Source: Guillardia theta CCMP2712
Taxonomy: Eukaryota; Protista; Cryptophyta
DNA length: 64,000 bases
Direction of reading: 5' to 3'
Assembly: GCF_000315625.1 (NCBI RefSeq)
Contig: NW_005434646.1
Span: 397,626-461,625, forward strand
Positions 27,285 through 39,434 of the stretch are shown here, in pieces. The notes below the pieces were generated by a model. It had not been told where the DNA came from, ran no database searches, and worked only from the letters and a program-made list of their open reading frames with translations. The position numbers and the translations under genes are program-made. Position 1 is the stretch's first letter, and every line of letters begins with the position of its first letter.

Positions 27285-28750
27285 ATGCCGGAGGTGAGCA
27301 ACAAGAGGCATCTGCCCAGCGCGAGGAGCGAGGAGGAGGCATACTCCTCATCAAGAATGTAGCATAGGCATGTCACCGTCAAGAAGCAACCATATCTGTT
27401 CTCCTCGTCCTACACTGTTTGAATTACTCCAGCTCGATGTGCCAACGAATTGCTTTCTCGATCCTCACTATCATTTTGCAGGTGGCCGTGGTACCTGAAT
27501 TGCATTACCCTGAGGATGAGATTGTCACTCCTAAGAAAGACAATCTCGAAGCTGTAAGTGATCCGGAATGCAACAAGGAAAACATCGTCCCCGCCCCGTC
27601 CAAGAATGCCGGCAACGGGAAACGATCAGCAAGCTCCAATGGAGCCAAGGTTTCAAAGAAGCAAAGAATGGAAGCGTTGATCGAGAAGGACCCCTCCATC
27701 CTGCAACCATTCAACATCCCCCAGTGGAGATTCACCCCAGTCATCCCTGACCCGCGAGGGGTGACTCTCTCCCCGTATGATCGGGCTCCGCAACTGAGGC
27801 TGGTGGATGAGAACCTGACAGTCTCGGGGCACAAGGGTTACCGCTTGATCCGGGCGAGCCACGGGGTCAGTGCAGGATCGTGGTACTTTGAGGTCACAAT
27901 CAGAGAGGATCACGTGAACACGTTTCTAGAAGAGAAGTAAGTTGTTGTTGCCCTTGTTGTGAACCTGACTTGGAATGAATTTCTCCAGGTTCCTCAACAT
28001 TGAAGGCCACAGTAGACTTGGATGGGCACGCGGCAGTGCTCAGATCCAGGCCCCTCTGGGCTATGACCGGTTCGGCTACGGCATTTGCTCCCGTACTGGC
28101 AACATTGTGCACACCAGGCGGTTGAAAGAGTTTTCATGTCCGCTCCAGAAAGGAGACGTTGTGGGATGCTACATCCACTTCCCTGCCGTGGAGAAAGCCG
28201 CACTCGAGGAAGATGACTGCAAGACCTCTACACAAGCTAAGGAAACTCAGGACCCGCCGCAGGAAGGGCAAGAGGAGGGCCAGAAGCCCAAGTGTGAGAA
28301 CGCTGCCGATGGAGAAACCAAACAAGAGGTGAGGAAAGGGAAATCCAAGTGCAAGGTCAAAGATAGACTTACCTGGAGAGACACCGAAATCGAATATTTC
28401 TTGGTGAGTATTCTGCTATGTGGAAGCCTGCCTCTAAATGATGTATGCAGGAGGAAGACACGGATGTTGGGTCAGAAATCTGCCGAGGCAGCGTGATCCG
28501 CTTCTTTGTTAACGGCAAAGCATGTGGAAGCGCGTTCGAGGACGTAGAGCAGGGTATCTACTATCCCGCTGCATCCGTCTACATGGGAGGGCAAGTAACT
28601 TTCAACTTCGGCCCGACTTTCAAGTTTGGGATGCCTGCACCGTATGAAGGAGAAGGAGAGGTCAGGCCCATGTCAGATGCTGCCTTGAGAGACAAGGCTG
28701 AGGAAGTCGAGGCCGCCGCTGCCAACGTGAAATCCGAGACAACGAAGTAG
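27285..28750 (+). CDS. ASH2L: ASH2L/Bre2/TRAUCO SPRY-domain subunit of Set1/COMPASS H3K4 methyltransferase (4 exons)
   Basis: LSPYDRAPQLRL..LTVSGHKGYRLIRASHGVSAGSWYFEV, HSRLGW, LGYDRFGYG, GSVIRFFVNG, GIYYPAASVY, VTFNFGPTF. Confidence 0.88.
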
Positions 28751-28784
28751 GACGAGAGAAGTTGCAGATCTCTGGGTTGTAAAA

Positions 28785-30086
28785 TTATTCTTGAATAAAT
28801 ACATGGGTGTAAACAGACGCTCCAGCCCCTCCGATGTTCTGAGTGACCGCAACTCGTGCTCCCTTCACTTGGTTTTCGCCCGCCACTTCCCTGAGCTGCA
28901 TATTCATCTCGGCCGCCTGGTAGACTCCCGTAGCCCCCACGGGATGTCCTCTCGCCTTCAATCCACCGAACGTTGAGATGGGAAGCACGCCCTTCAAGCC
29001 AATGTGTCCATCCGCCGCAAAAAATGTACCCTCCCCTGGAGAGGCGAAACCTGCGCTTTCCAGACAAAGGCAGGCCATGATGGTGTAGGCATCGTGGAGC
29101 TCGAAGATGTCGACTGAGTTTCTATCCAGACCACTCCTACGAAGCGCCTCCTCGAGTGACTTCTCCACCGCCACGAGCGCAAGAGGGTCTGGACGATCAT
29201 CCACCGCGAGGATATCGGACGAGGCGCCACTGCCAGCAAGTCGAACAACTCGTCCCGCCTTGTCCTTTGCGATCTCCTTGTTTGACGTTAGCAGAACTGC
29301 TGCAGCTCCATCGCATGTCGGCGAAGCATCCATGATGGTCACCGGTTCCTTGACGACGTTGGACTTGGTGTAGTCTTCGACGGAAACGTTCTTCTTGAGG
29401 GTGGAGTGAGAACTGGTCAGAGCGTTCTTGTGTGCATTCAGCGAAAAAGGAGCAAACCTCTCCCTGCCGATGCCATACTTCTTCATGTACATTGACATCA
29501 ACTTGCCATTGAGGGACACGAAAGTCTCTCCTACAGCACCTTCCTTCTCCCAGTGTGACGCAGTGGCCAGTCCCTTTGTGACAGAGTCACGGTCGCAGTG
29601 AGTCATCTGCTCTACGCCGAGCACGAGCACGTTTTCATGCATTCCCGAGGCTATTGCCATGTAACCCCAGCGTAAAGCTGCTCCTCCTGATCCACAGCAC
29701 GCTTCGATCGTTGAAGTTTCGATGCCGTTGAGGCCGGCAGCAGTTGCTATCAAAGGACTAACATGCTGCTGATTCGAAAGAATTCCTGAGAGCATGTTAC
29801 CAACATACATGGCTGTGATTGATTCTTTGTTCAATACAGATGCTTTCAGTGCATCATCAATGGCCTGCTTCCCCATGTCGGCGATTTTCGCACCGGCGTT
29901 CCTCGTGACGGGCACCACGCCATGGCTGGCAACATAGACAGGACGCTGCGGAGAAGATGTCGAAGTCACGAGAGATCGTCGAGGTCCTTCAGCTGGCAAC
30001 AAGCCGATCAGACTCATCTTCCTCGCTGTGCTGCTTGCTCGCATCGCTGCCTCGCGCGCCCTGGCGCCATGACGGAGGAGCATCAT
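28785..30086 (-). CDS. SCP2-type/archaeal-type thiolase (acetyl-CoA C-acyltransferase) with likely mitochondrial presequence, intronless
   Basis: EACCGSG catalytic Cys motif, SPTCDGAAAV, ELHDAY, GGLKARGHPVGATG, QNIGG; Arg-rich, acid-poor N-terminus. Confidence 0.9.
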   Translation of the reverse strand: MMLLRHGARAREAAMRASSTARKMSLIGLLPAEGPRRSLVTSTSSPQRPVYVASHGVVPVTRNAGAKIADMGKQAIDDALKASVLNKESITAMYVGNMLSGILSNQQHVSPLIATAAGLNGIETSTIEACCGSGGAALRWGYMAIASGMHENVLVLGVEQMTHCDRDSVTKGLATASHWEKEGAVGETFVSLNGKLMSMYMKKYGIGRERFAPFSLNAHKNALTSSHSTLKKNVSVEDYTKSNVVKEPVTIMDASPTCDGAAAVLLTSNKEIAKDKAGRVVRLAGSGASSDILAVDDRPDPLALVAVEKSLEEALRRSGLDRNSVDIFELHDAYTIMACLCLESAGFASPGEGTFFAADGHIGLKGVLPISTFGGLKARGHPVGATGVYQAAEMNMQLREVAGENQVKGARVAVTQNIGGAGASVYTHVFIQE

Positions 30087-30269
30087 TCAAGACCCCGGCC
30101 TCAGCCGGGACGGAGCACCCCACCCTACAATATTAATATCGAAATAACGCAACAGGTGGGGTGCATTGAAAAGTGATATCCACCCCTTCAACTACTTTAA
30201 ATATCGGGGTGGGGGTATTCTGACTCACGTATCAGACCTGTAACAAAGTTGAAAGCGCGAAGGGACGCG

Positions 30270-31619
30270 ATGGGTGGAGGGGGGCGAAGTTATGGAAGCG
30301 ACGCGCGGGACAGCATGATGGGAGGGAGGAGGAGCACGAGGAAGGCAACGACTATAGCAGCAGGGACAGCAGCTGCAGCTGCCCTCCTTGTCGTTGTGGT
30401 CACTTTGATCGCTGGACCCGGTGGTGATGGGAGGAATGTTCTATCTGGTCGTTTGGGCAACGACGCTGGTCCCTCCTCGCGTTGGGAAGGAAGCAACTTG
30501 CCCTACGGAGTTGCTGTCTCCCCTAGGGAAGCTCAGACAGGCTATGGAGCACCGGGCTGGGAGCCGGGGCCCGACTATTATTCGACAGCCAACTGGGACA
30601 ATGCTGCGCTGATGCCGTCCCTCATGCATCCTCGGTATGACCCCTACATCGGCAAGACTGGATGCCCGACATGCAGCCCTGAGAAGAAGACCTACATGTT
30701 CTCCGTGGACCCACGATGTGACAACTCACCGGCTAACTACAACATCCGCCAGATATTGAAGATGGATGAATGGTGGAAATCTGACCCAGCCGTGCAGGCA
30801 GCTATCTATCAGGAGTATTCGTGGATTGGAGCGCAAGTGGGACTTTTCATGCAGAAATCCAAGGATGTTGTCATGGTTGTCCCTCCCTGCTTCTTCCCCC
30901 GCCTTGCCAACGCCGAGCTCAACATGCTCAACACAGCCGTTTATGGGCTTGGGGGTTCTCTGCTGATTCTCGGAGGGCTGACGGGAGCCGACTTCATCTC
31001 TCAGAATCTAGAGGGATCTGATGGGTACGGCTACGTCGACTCCGCCGGGTCGGACATGGTGAACTTCAGTCCCAAGTTTGACATTGACTGCGTCTGGTCG
31101 GGGGGACCATTCTATATGCAGAACTCGGCGATATCAACGGAGTTCTTTTATGGTCCCAAGTACCTGGAGGGTTCTGACAGCACCTGGGGCATTCCTGTGA
31201 ATCAGCTGCCGCCTGAGACGATCCATTACTACATGTCCGCTGATGAGGTCTCGATTGTGTTCGAGATCCCAGCAAAGAGCGGCAGGATCTTGTTCATGGG
31301 CTACGATTTCCAGCAGATGCTTCCTAACTGGATGGATGCTCTGCTTCTCGCAAGGAGAGAGCTCCAGATCGAGGCTCAGTACCCTCCTGGGATGTCCCGT
31401 TACTCATCGTCGTTCTCAACGCGAACATCGAACAGCTTGAAAGCTCCGCTATCGTCTCATGTGCAGTTGGCCAGGGTTGTAGCCAAGGATGGGGCTTCAG
31501 ATCAGAGGAAGTCTTCGGTTCCCGACAAGAAGCGTAAGGTGAAAGGGAGGGGAAAGGATGCATTGGACAGAGAAATCGAAAGATCTGTGGACAAGTTGAT
31601 GGCAAAGAGGGGCAAGTAG
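30270..31619 (+). CDS. Hypothetical type II membrane protein, possible class I glutamine-amidotransferase-like fold, intronless
   Basis: Long ORF; N-terminal hydrophobic segment (AAAAALLVVVVTLIA); LNTAVYGLGGSLLILGG and SGRILFMGYDF resemble GATase1-like strands. Confidence 0.65.
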   Translation: MGGGGRSYGSDARDSMMGGRRSTRKATTIAAGTAAAAALLVVVVTLIAGPGGDGRNVLSGRLGNDAGPSSRWEGSNLPYGVAVSPREAQTGYGAPGWEPGPDYYSTANWDNAALMPSLMHPRYDPYIGKTGCPTCSPEKKTYMFSVDPRCDNSPANYNIRQILKMDEWWKSDPAVQAAIYQEYSWIGAQVGLFMQKSKDVVMVVPPCFFPRLANAELNMLNTAVYGLGGSLLILGGLTGADFISQNLEGSDGYGYVDSAGSDMVNFSPKFDIDCVWSGGPFYMQNSAISTEFFYGPKYLEGSDSTWGIPVNQLPPETIHYYMSADEVSIVFEIPAKSGRILFMGYDFQQMLPNWMDALLLARRELQIEAQYPPGMSRYSSSFSTRTSNSLKAPLSSHVQLARVVAKDGASDQRKSSVPDKKRKVKGRGKDALDREIERSVDKLMAKRGK

Positions 31620-31748
31620 GATCTGATTGGGGGGAATCATTCCATTTGGGATTTATTAGTGTTCTTTTAATATACGATTAGCTTTTCTCACTATGCTGCT
31701 TCTATACAGTTAGACAATGGTGGACATTATTTGTGACAACGTGTTGAC

Positions 31749-32447
31749 TTACAAGTGTCTCTTTTCGTGTCCTTCCTCTGGAGATTTCACTTTCACTGCT
31801 ACTCCTTGACAAGTGCGAACCCAAATTCTTCCAATGCCAGGGAGGTATCGAATATGCGGTGTGGGGCTCAGGAGATCATCTAGCGATGCAGGTTTCTTGG
31901 AACTTGACGAGGCTTTGAAGGGGGAATGTGAGTTGGCTCCTGGGCCAATAACATTCCCGTGGGAGTTGTTCTGTGAGTTCCACGGAGCATTTTTCTCCTT
32001 GTTCCCAAGGATTATCTTCTGTGGTTTGAAGAAATTTCCTTTGCGTTCCAAAGAATCTTGGTCACTGTCATCTTCGTTCTCTTCGGCCTGATTATTCCTC
32101 TCCTTTTCTTCTGAGTCATCGTTGAACTGTGATGGATCTGTATCTGACTCGCTGCCAAGCGTCTTGAGGACGCCAGCGGCACAGGTTCTTGTTTGGTTGA
32201 TTTGAACGTTCACCTCCTCAAAGCGAGACTTGATTACATCGAGGTTCATCGCCTTCTTGAGGGCCTGCTGGAGTCTTTCTTTAGTGGTGAGAGGCTTACT
32301 TTGGTCTTGATCTGATATCATCATCCTGGTTGGTACAGATTTCAGCCGTCTGAGCATCGGCTTGGGTTGCTCTGAGATTCCACGGAAATCAAAGGAAGAT
32401 TTCGATTCTAATTCTGGAGAAGTCGTCCTTTGCAATTCCGACGGCAT
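31749..32447 (-). CDS. Hypothetical hydrophilic protein
   Basis: ~232-codon ORF with plausible composition; no recognisable motif. Confidence 0.5.
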   Translation of the reverse strand: MPSELQRTTSPELESKSSFDFRGISEQPKPMLRRLKSVPTRMMISDQDQSKPLTTKERLQQALKKAMNLDVIKSRFEEVNVQINQTRTCAAGVLKTLGSESDTDPSQFNDDSEEKERNNQAEENEDDSDQDSLERKGNFFKPQKIILGNKEKNAPWNSQNNSHGNVIGPGANSHSPFKASSSSKKPASLDDLLSPTPHIRYLPGIGRIWVRTCQGVAVKVKSPEEGHEKRHL

Positions 32448-34107
32448 ACTGGTCACTGTTTTTGAATGACTGCTATCAGTCTATTATGCAAAGTTTTCTT
32501 AAGGTAGTTCTGTTAATCAAAATGTCAGAACCTTGTACGAAAAAGATGGTTGGTTTGACAAAGATGACGATGAAATTTAGTCTCCATAGGATTGAAGGCA
32601 TATGACTATCAATGCTCAATAGCAATGGTCGAAAGCAGGATTCCCCTGTAGCTTATGATGACATCACCAGCCAATCATTTTCGTAATCCCTTTCTAAACT
32701 TCTTATTCCCCTGTCTTATCAAAAACAACATTCCAGTCAACCTGCTTGAAGCAGAACCCTCTACAAACTTTTTCTCGTCCATCCCATCTGTCTTGCTACC
32801 TCTGGATGTTTTCTTTACAACCTTTTCTTTTCTGCTTCTAAATATCAACCCTTTGCTATTTTTTTGGGGTAGAGTTCTAACAGCATACGGGTTTCAAACA
32901 TTCGATGGCTTATTGCCATCTAAACCCTCGAATCAGACTCTCTCAAATTTCTCCCTCACTTTATCCAAGCAATAAGCTGACATTTCTTTGATGCGTCTTA
33001 AAGAGAGCTTCATCTTCTTTCTTGTCTCGCTTGATTCTTCGCTGTTCCATCCCCCCTAAACCCTGCCCCTTCACCCCTTCGCCATTCTCCTCTCGGCCTC
33101 AGGCCGCATCAGTTGGTGTCCCTATCCTTCTACCCCTTGCACCTGATTGAATATACCCACCCACAAGAGATGAGTACCCCCTCCCCCCCCCAAATCAGGA
33201 TACATACCCCACCTTATTAGATCATGACAAGTTCACACCACCCCCACCTTTAATGTACCCCACCCTCTTCGCATCCTACTGAGCATCGCTTCTCCCAAAA
33301 TGAGTTTTATCTTGCTCCTTGACGTAAAGGACCCTACCCCATGGTCCCTCACCATACATTTGGAAAACTGACCCCCTGAATAAACACAAGTATGATCGAA
33401 TATGCAAGGGTAGTATTCAACCCCCACCCCGTCTACATCAGAACCCCTATTCCCCCCTCTTTTATTTAACCTGCCCCTTTCAAGCTACCCATACCCTCAT
33501 ATCACGCCAATGATGACATCACCCCTACCCCCTTTTTAACATTTTGGTTGTTTTGCCTACGGTAGTACATTTCCACCCCTCATGGTACCACCCTGTGATT
33601 TTCTATTCAAGGACCCACTCAACAAGGCCAGCATTTTTTGTACTGTTCACCTTACCCTACCCCGAGCTGGAATGGTGTAGCTGTGACCCCTAGAGGAGAG
33701 CGGGATGGCCCGGTGATACCATTTCATTTTTGGGGGCGTGGCACCGGGCCCGGCACCGGCACCGGCACCGACCTCACTGAGATGGTCTCCTTGGTTGCCC
33801 TTGTCAGATCGGTTAAATCGAATTGAATCGCTGAGATCCCAGAAACCGTTGAAGCCCAGCATTGCGCACACATGCTGTGCTGCTGTTGTCAGCACCATCA
33901 CCCTCCTCCCTTCCTCTCCCTTCCCATCTGACCTGCCGCCATCCACTAGCCTCTACCTCTGACGTGCACTCTCGGGCTCTGAGTTTGCTGTCTGTCTGTT
34001 TTCAAGTTCTACTCTCTGTCTCCCCTCACTCCTCTCGTACTGCAGCTCCTCCTGAGTTGTGTTGAACTTCTTGTCTTGAACTCGTCTGGTTGCTTTCGGT
34101 AGCCACC

Positions 34108-35982
34108 ATGCCAGACCTGCAGCAAAGAATCGACCAGAAGAAGAGGAGGCCTCCCCTAAATCGAAAGAAGGAGGACTTGAGGCTGCGCCTGAGGGCCATA
34201 AAACTTTCAGACCCTGACCCAGTGATGAAGACTTTGGAAGATGCTTTTGTGCGAGCAGCAGAGCTACTCTTGTCTGCAGACTACGTGCTCATTGCAGCGG
34301 GAGCAGGCTTCTCAGCCGACTCTGGTTTGCCAGTCTACAAGGACATTGCGGATGTTGACGCGTACAAGAAGATGGACGTGACGTACGCTGATCTTTGCGT
34401 CCCAGACTGGCTGCTGAAAGATCCGGAGATCTTCTATGGGTTCTGGGGCTCGTGCTACAACGACTACCTTGGAACTACACCTCACAAGGGCTACGAGATC
34501 GTCAAGGAGTGGATTGACTGTGGATTCAAAGGGAGGGAGGGAGGCTCTGGTCCAGGAGTGGGGTGGGGTGGGAGCAGCACTACGCAGCAGAACGCTGACA
34601 TCCTACAACCTTGCAAGCCGTCATTGAGAGGTCTACCCTACACAGCTCGGCCCACTTCGGCCGTAGTGCCCGCATCAAGAGGTAGTGCGGATCTAAGGGA
34701 TCGGGCCGGGTCTGACATTCATGTAAGACCAATACTCCTTCAAGAACAGGCCCAAGTCCACGTCTATGATTCGCAAGAAGCTCGAAATGACCAAACTGAA
34801 GGAACCAGACTTCTTCGTGTACACTTCAAACGTGGACACAGCCTTCCAGGTGAGGAGCTGCTGATGGCCTTACACGATATCTGAGAGAAGGCTGTGTAAC
34901 AGAGAGCCGGAGTAGACCCTGCCTTGATCTATGAAATACACGGAGACGTGATGAAATGGCAGTGCAGGATCCCTTGCTGCCAGAAGGTCTGGTCGCTCCC
35001 TGACGATTACCGGTGCATGAAGGCTTGAGGAGGATGCGTTTCTGATCCACTTTCAGGTTTCAAGTTGACAAGGACACCCGTCGAACCCAACGATTCCGGA
35101 ACGCTGAAGGACAGAAAGGGGAAGAAGAGGGCAAAGATCTTATATATAGGCATGGGAAAGTTTTAGAGATCGAGGAACCAAGCAACCGCAAGATGGACTT
35201 TCGAGGTTTGACGCCATACACACAGAACCAGAGCTTGAACAGGTTCATCAGTTCACCTCAGAGCCCTCAATGCTAAACGCGTATATGATCCTATCAGGCT
35301 GGTGCGATTCGGTGATGAGGCATCAAATCGCAAATGTTTCGATGAAGAGTTGAGGTGTCAAGTGTGCGATGGGTTAGCAAGACCAAATGTCCTCATGTTT
35401 GACGATGACAGATGGGTGAATTAAGTTGCGCTTTCAGCTGAGCCCTGACTGACGATCTCACAGATCGAAACAGATGAATCAAACTACAAGACGTGGGTCA
35501 AGCGAGCTGTGGTGAGCTGATGAACATAGATGTTGAGTTAGATTGATCGCATACGCTGCAGGCTAACATGAAGCTGGGGAAGAAAGTAGTGATCCTTGAG
35601 GTCAGGCCAAACTGATTGAGCACAACGAGATGCCTGCTAATGTCCTGCTGCTCAGGGCGGGTGCGGCAAGAGAGTTCCGACAGTGAGGTTGAACTCGAAC
35701 AAACTTGTTGCCAGCGGTGCCGGTGACTTCTGCTCCTCCACCTTGCGAGGCAGAGCTCCTGACATGCTGGATTATCAGACCTTATCAGGATCAACCTTGA
35801 CTTCCCTCTCAATCCAAAGTATCCCTCGAAGACTGTCTCCCTCCAAACTTCTGGTGCGTGTCAAACCGTCCGGCATCGGGCCGGAGGCTGACTGGGCTGA
35901 CTCTTTGGCAGTGCTCAATGCGCTGGTGGGAATAGATGAAGCGATCAGGCGGTTGTGCTATCGGACAAGGTCTCAGCCTTGA
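34108..35982 (+). CDS. NAD-dependent deacylase, SIR2/sirtuin family, multi-exon
   Basis: LIAAGAGFSADSGLPVY, FYGFWG...PHKGY, YTSNVD, EIHGD, CQVCDGLARPNVLMFDD, RVPTVR, LIRIN. Confidence 0.88.
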
Positions 35983-36342
35983 GCTCAAATCACAGCCAGG
36001 TGTGACGCCTCAAGTGAATCAATGATTGAACTGAAGTGAATGTAACCGTAATCGATCGTCATCGACAAGTATTCTTAATGAAGTTAATAGTTCTAGTTGC
36101 CACTGGACTAATCGAGTCAACTCGCAACCCGTAGCCCGCTGCCGGGCCGTCATGTCAGTGGCCGGCGCTGGCATCATAGCCTCCTGGCACTCTCCTGATT
36201 GTCCTCGTACTGATTTTAACCTAACTTTAAGTAAAATCTATAGTCAAGCGGCCTTCGGCGGGGAAGTAATCAAAGAGGGTAACTGGATATTTCACTCACG
36301 TCATCATCGAAGCAGCAGTGACAGCGATCGGATGGCGTGAAG

Positions 36343-37961
36343 ATGGCAGGGGGGGCCTTGGCGAGGTTGATGCTGCTGGCGCTGGCAGCAGTCGCTGGTG
36401 GGGCCCAGTACCTTCCTCCTGGTCAGGTGCGCCTTCCATGTCCTGTCTCTCCTCCTCCTCTCGCTGACCCGCTATGCTCGCGCATTCCTCCCCACGATGA
36501 ACCCACCTGCCTGCGTCCATCGCAGACTCCTCGTCTCACCCTTCCTCTGAGCGTCTCTACCGCCATTGCCCTCCTGCCCACTGTAGCTCGCTGTAGCTCC
36601 TCCCTCTAACCCCCTACCCACCCCCTCTCTCTTTCTATGCTTGATCTTGGAACTCGCCGGGTTTGCTAGGCTGACATGAGGCTGCAGGGTACCTGGTACA
36701 TTACTTCGAGCACTGTGCGAGCGGAAGGGGAGGGGTGATAGCAAGACGCGAGAGGGAACATGCGGCACTGATCATGATACGCCTGCAGCTGTGACGTCGA
36801 CTGGCTCGAGATCGAGGTGGGGGACGTCCGGAAGACCGTCATGGTCTCGGAAGCACAGAGAGACGTTGATTGCAGGTTGTTTCCTATCTTGTCCAGCCCA
36901 AGTGCTTCACACTCCCTCACTTGTTCGCTTCGAAGAGCTTGCCTCTGCTGTGTTGTTCTGTCTTGATTGAATCTGCTCTGGTATCAGCCCGGGGTCCAAC
37001 AGCTGCCTCTACTACTTCCTGTGGAAGTGTGCCAGTAAGAGCAGGTTGCAGCTGTTGAGAGGTTTGACGCGTGACAGAACTCGACACACACGAGAAGCGA
37101 CCTGAGGAGCAGAAAGTGAGTCTGAAGTCCTGCCGACGGAACAAGAGCTCTGACCTGAGCACAGCTGGCTGTCATGATCGACCTGGAGGGCAAAACAGCA
37201 AAGGCTGTGACCCCCCAGTACGACTTCGCGTCCTTCGACGGCCAGATGCACGTTGTGGAGGAGGAGTACACCGTCTCCAACGTCATGCTGAAAGGTGTGC
37301 GCGCCTTGGCATGTAGATGAGTCAGTGACGTGCGGTGGACTGAAGGGACTCAAACGTGGAAGTGGACGAGTGCGGATGGCAAGCATGTTTGCCAGGGTCA
37401 AGATCAGATCGTCGGGCGGCCAGGCATGTAGAGGGTGAGGAGGGAAGGGGGGGAAGTGACAATGAGCGCGCAGGAACTTCAATGTCCTGCGATTTCTGGT
37501 GGGAGGAGAACGAGGATGGGGCAGAGATTCCTCGAGACCTGAACGGAAAGGTGGAGGCTGACAAGCGCGCGGGCCGGGGGGAGGAGGCGCTACTGGTGGA
37601 GGGGAAGAAGGCGTTTGTGCCTGGAGGTAGAGCAGAGGGACTGAGCGGTCAGCCGGACAATGACGCGAGGAGTGAGGAGGAGCAAGAGAGGCAAGACGCG
37701 AGGGACGCGTACCACGAAAGCCTCGTGCACCTGCCGTACGCGCCGGACGAGTCAACGACGGAGGACGGGGTAGCCATCGAGCAGTTTGCGGCACCCATGA
37801 TCACTGAGATGATGTTCCTCCTGGCGATCGTGCCCATATGCGGAATCCTCGTGGTCTACTTGAGGAGGAGGAATTTCAGGATCAGCATGGACCTCGGGAC
37901 AGGGAACTCGTCAGTATCGCTGCTGATGAGGGACGGGAACGTGGCGTATCAGTACTCTTAA
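36343..37961 (+). CDS. Hypothetical type I membrane protein (signal peptide, C-terminal TM helix), multi-exon
   Basis: MAGGALARLMLLALAAVAGGA signal; last exon has the TM MMFLLAIVPICGILVVYL followed by RRRN; internal exons uncertain. Confidence 0.5.
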
Positions 37962-38198
37962 GGGCCCTTCTGGCGAGCTCTTTGCCAGCGGGGATCCTGC
38001 GATGATTATGTTTTCCATGTACATAGACAAGGGCAGGAGAATGAGAGCAGAGGACAGAGAAGGTAGGAGGAGGCAGAGGGAAGGAGGAGAGGGGAGGGGA
38101 GGGGAGAATTGGGAGTTATGGGAGGACGAGGGGAGGGTAAGCAGTCTTCCGCTTCTCAAACATTACTATATTCACTTAGTACATACATGCTTTGAGCT

Positions 38199-39016
38199 TC
38201 AAGAGCGACCTTGTGACCTCGTTTGGTACAAGTTGTTCAACTTGCTCCTGTCATACATCGTTCGGTCCACCTCCTCCTTCCTAGGCAACATCCGGTCACG
38301 GGTGCTGCGAGCAAGAGGCCGCTCCCGCTTCACTGGGGGGGTCAGGCCGAGGCCCTCGAGCAGGGCCGACGGGATTCCGTTGCTCCTCTTCCCCATGGTC
38401 GTGAGCTCTTCGAGGAGTGAGAAACCTCCCGAGCTGCTCTCCTCCTCCCTGGCTGCCGGCGGGTGGGCATGGCCGTTGGTGGACCTCCTGTCGATGCCCC
38501 GGGTGAGGAGGGCGAGAGACGCCTGGATGTCTCGGATCGCCGACATCATCTCGTCGCACTGCGCGCAAGACTTCTTGCTCCGAAAGTAGCTCCCCCTGTT
38601 CGGGAGCAGCTCCTTGCGCGGAGGGAGGAAGGAGTCCCGCCAGTCGGAGCCCTTGCCGGCTCGGCTCCGATGCATGAGGAAGGTCGGGAGCTTGAGTAGC
38701 TTCTGCTCTGCCAGGGCCTCGTGGTCTGCAGTCTTTGAGTCTTCGAGGCTGAGGGAGGTGTTCTTCTGGCTCTTGCGGAACTCGAGGGCAGAGTTCTCCA
38801 TCTCGATGAGCATCAGCTTCATCGCCAGCATCGAGACTGAGTCGACGCTCGCGCACCCGTGCTGGATCTCCTTGTCCAGCATGCGCTGCACGTAGGACTT
38901 GAGCTGGGACCTGATGATGCGATCGAAGTAGACCAGGTCCTTGCAAGGAGCCAGTCAGCAAAGGGGACAACAGATCAACTCAAGAAGAAACGAGGGATTC
39001 GGGCAAAAGGTCAGGA

Positions 39017-39062
<46 letters not shown>

Positions 39063-39398
39063 AGTGAAAGCGACATCCAATCACGGGGAGTGTTCGCTCA
39101 CAATGTGATCAATGCCTTCACTTAAATCTTCGTTCTGAAAGATGGAGGAGAAGGACTCTTGCGTGAAGTCCACGTCCTGAGCCCAAGGGAGTTTTCGAAA
39201 ACCTTCCTTCAGCTCAGTGAGCGATATGCTGCCCGAATCATCCGAGTCCATGATCTGAGAGTAAACACGAGGCTGTCATTCGCAGAAGCAGGAGCGGGAG
39301 CGGAAGCAGGAGCAGGAGGAGAGAGGAGAGAGGAGAGAGGACAGAGGAGAGAGGAGCAGCAGCAGGAGCAGGAGAAGAGAGGAGAGAGGAGAGAGGAA

Positions 39399-39434
<36 letters not shown>

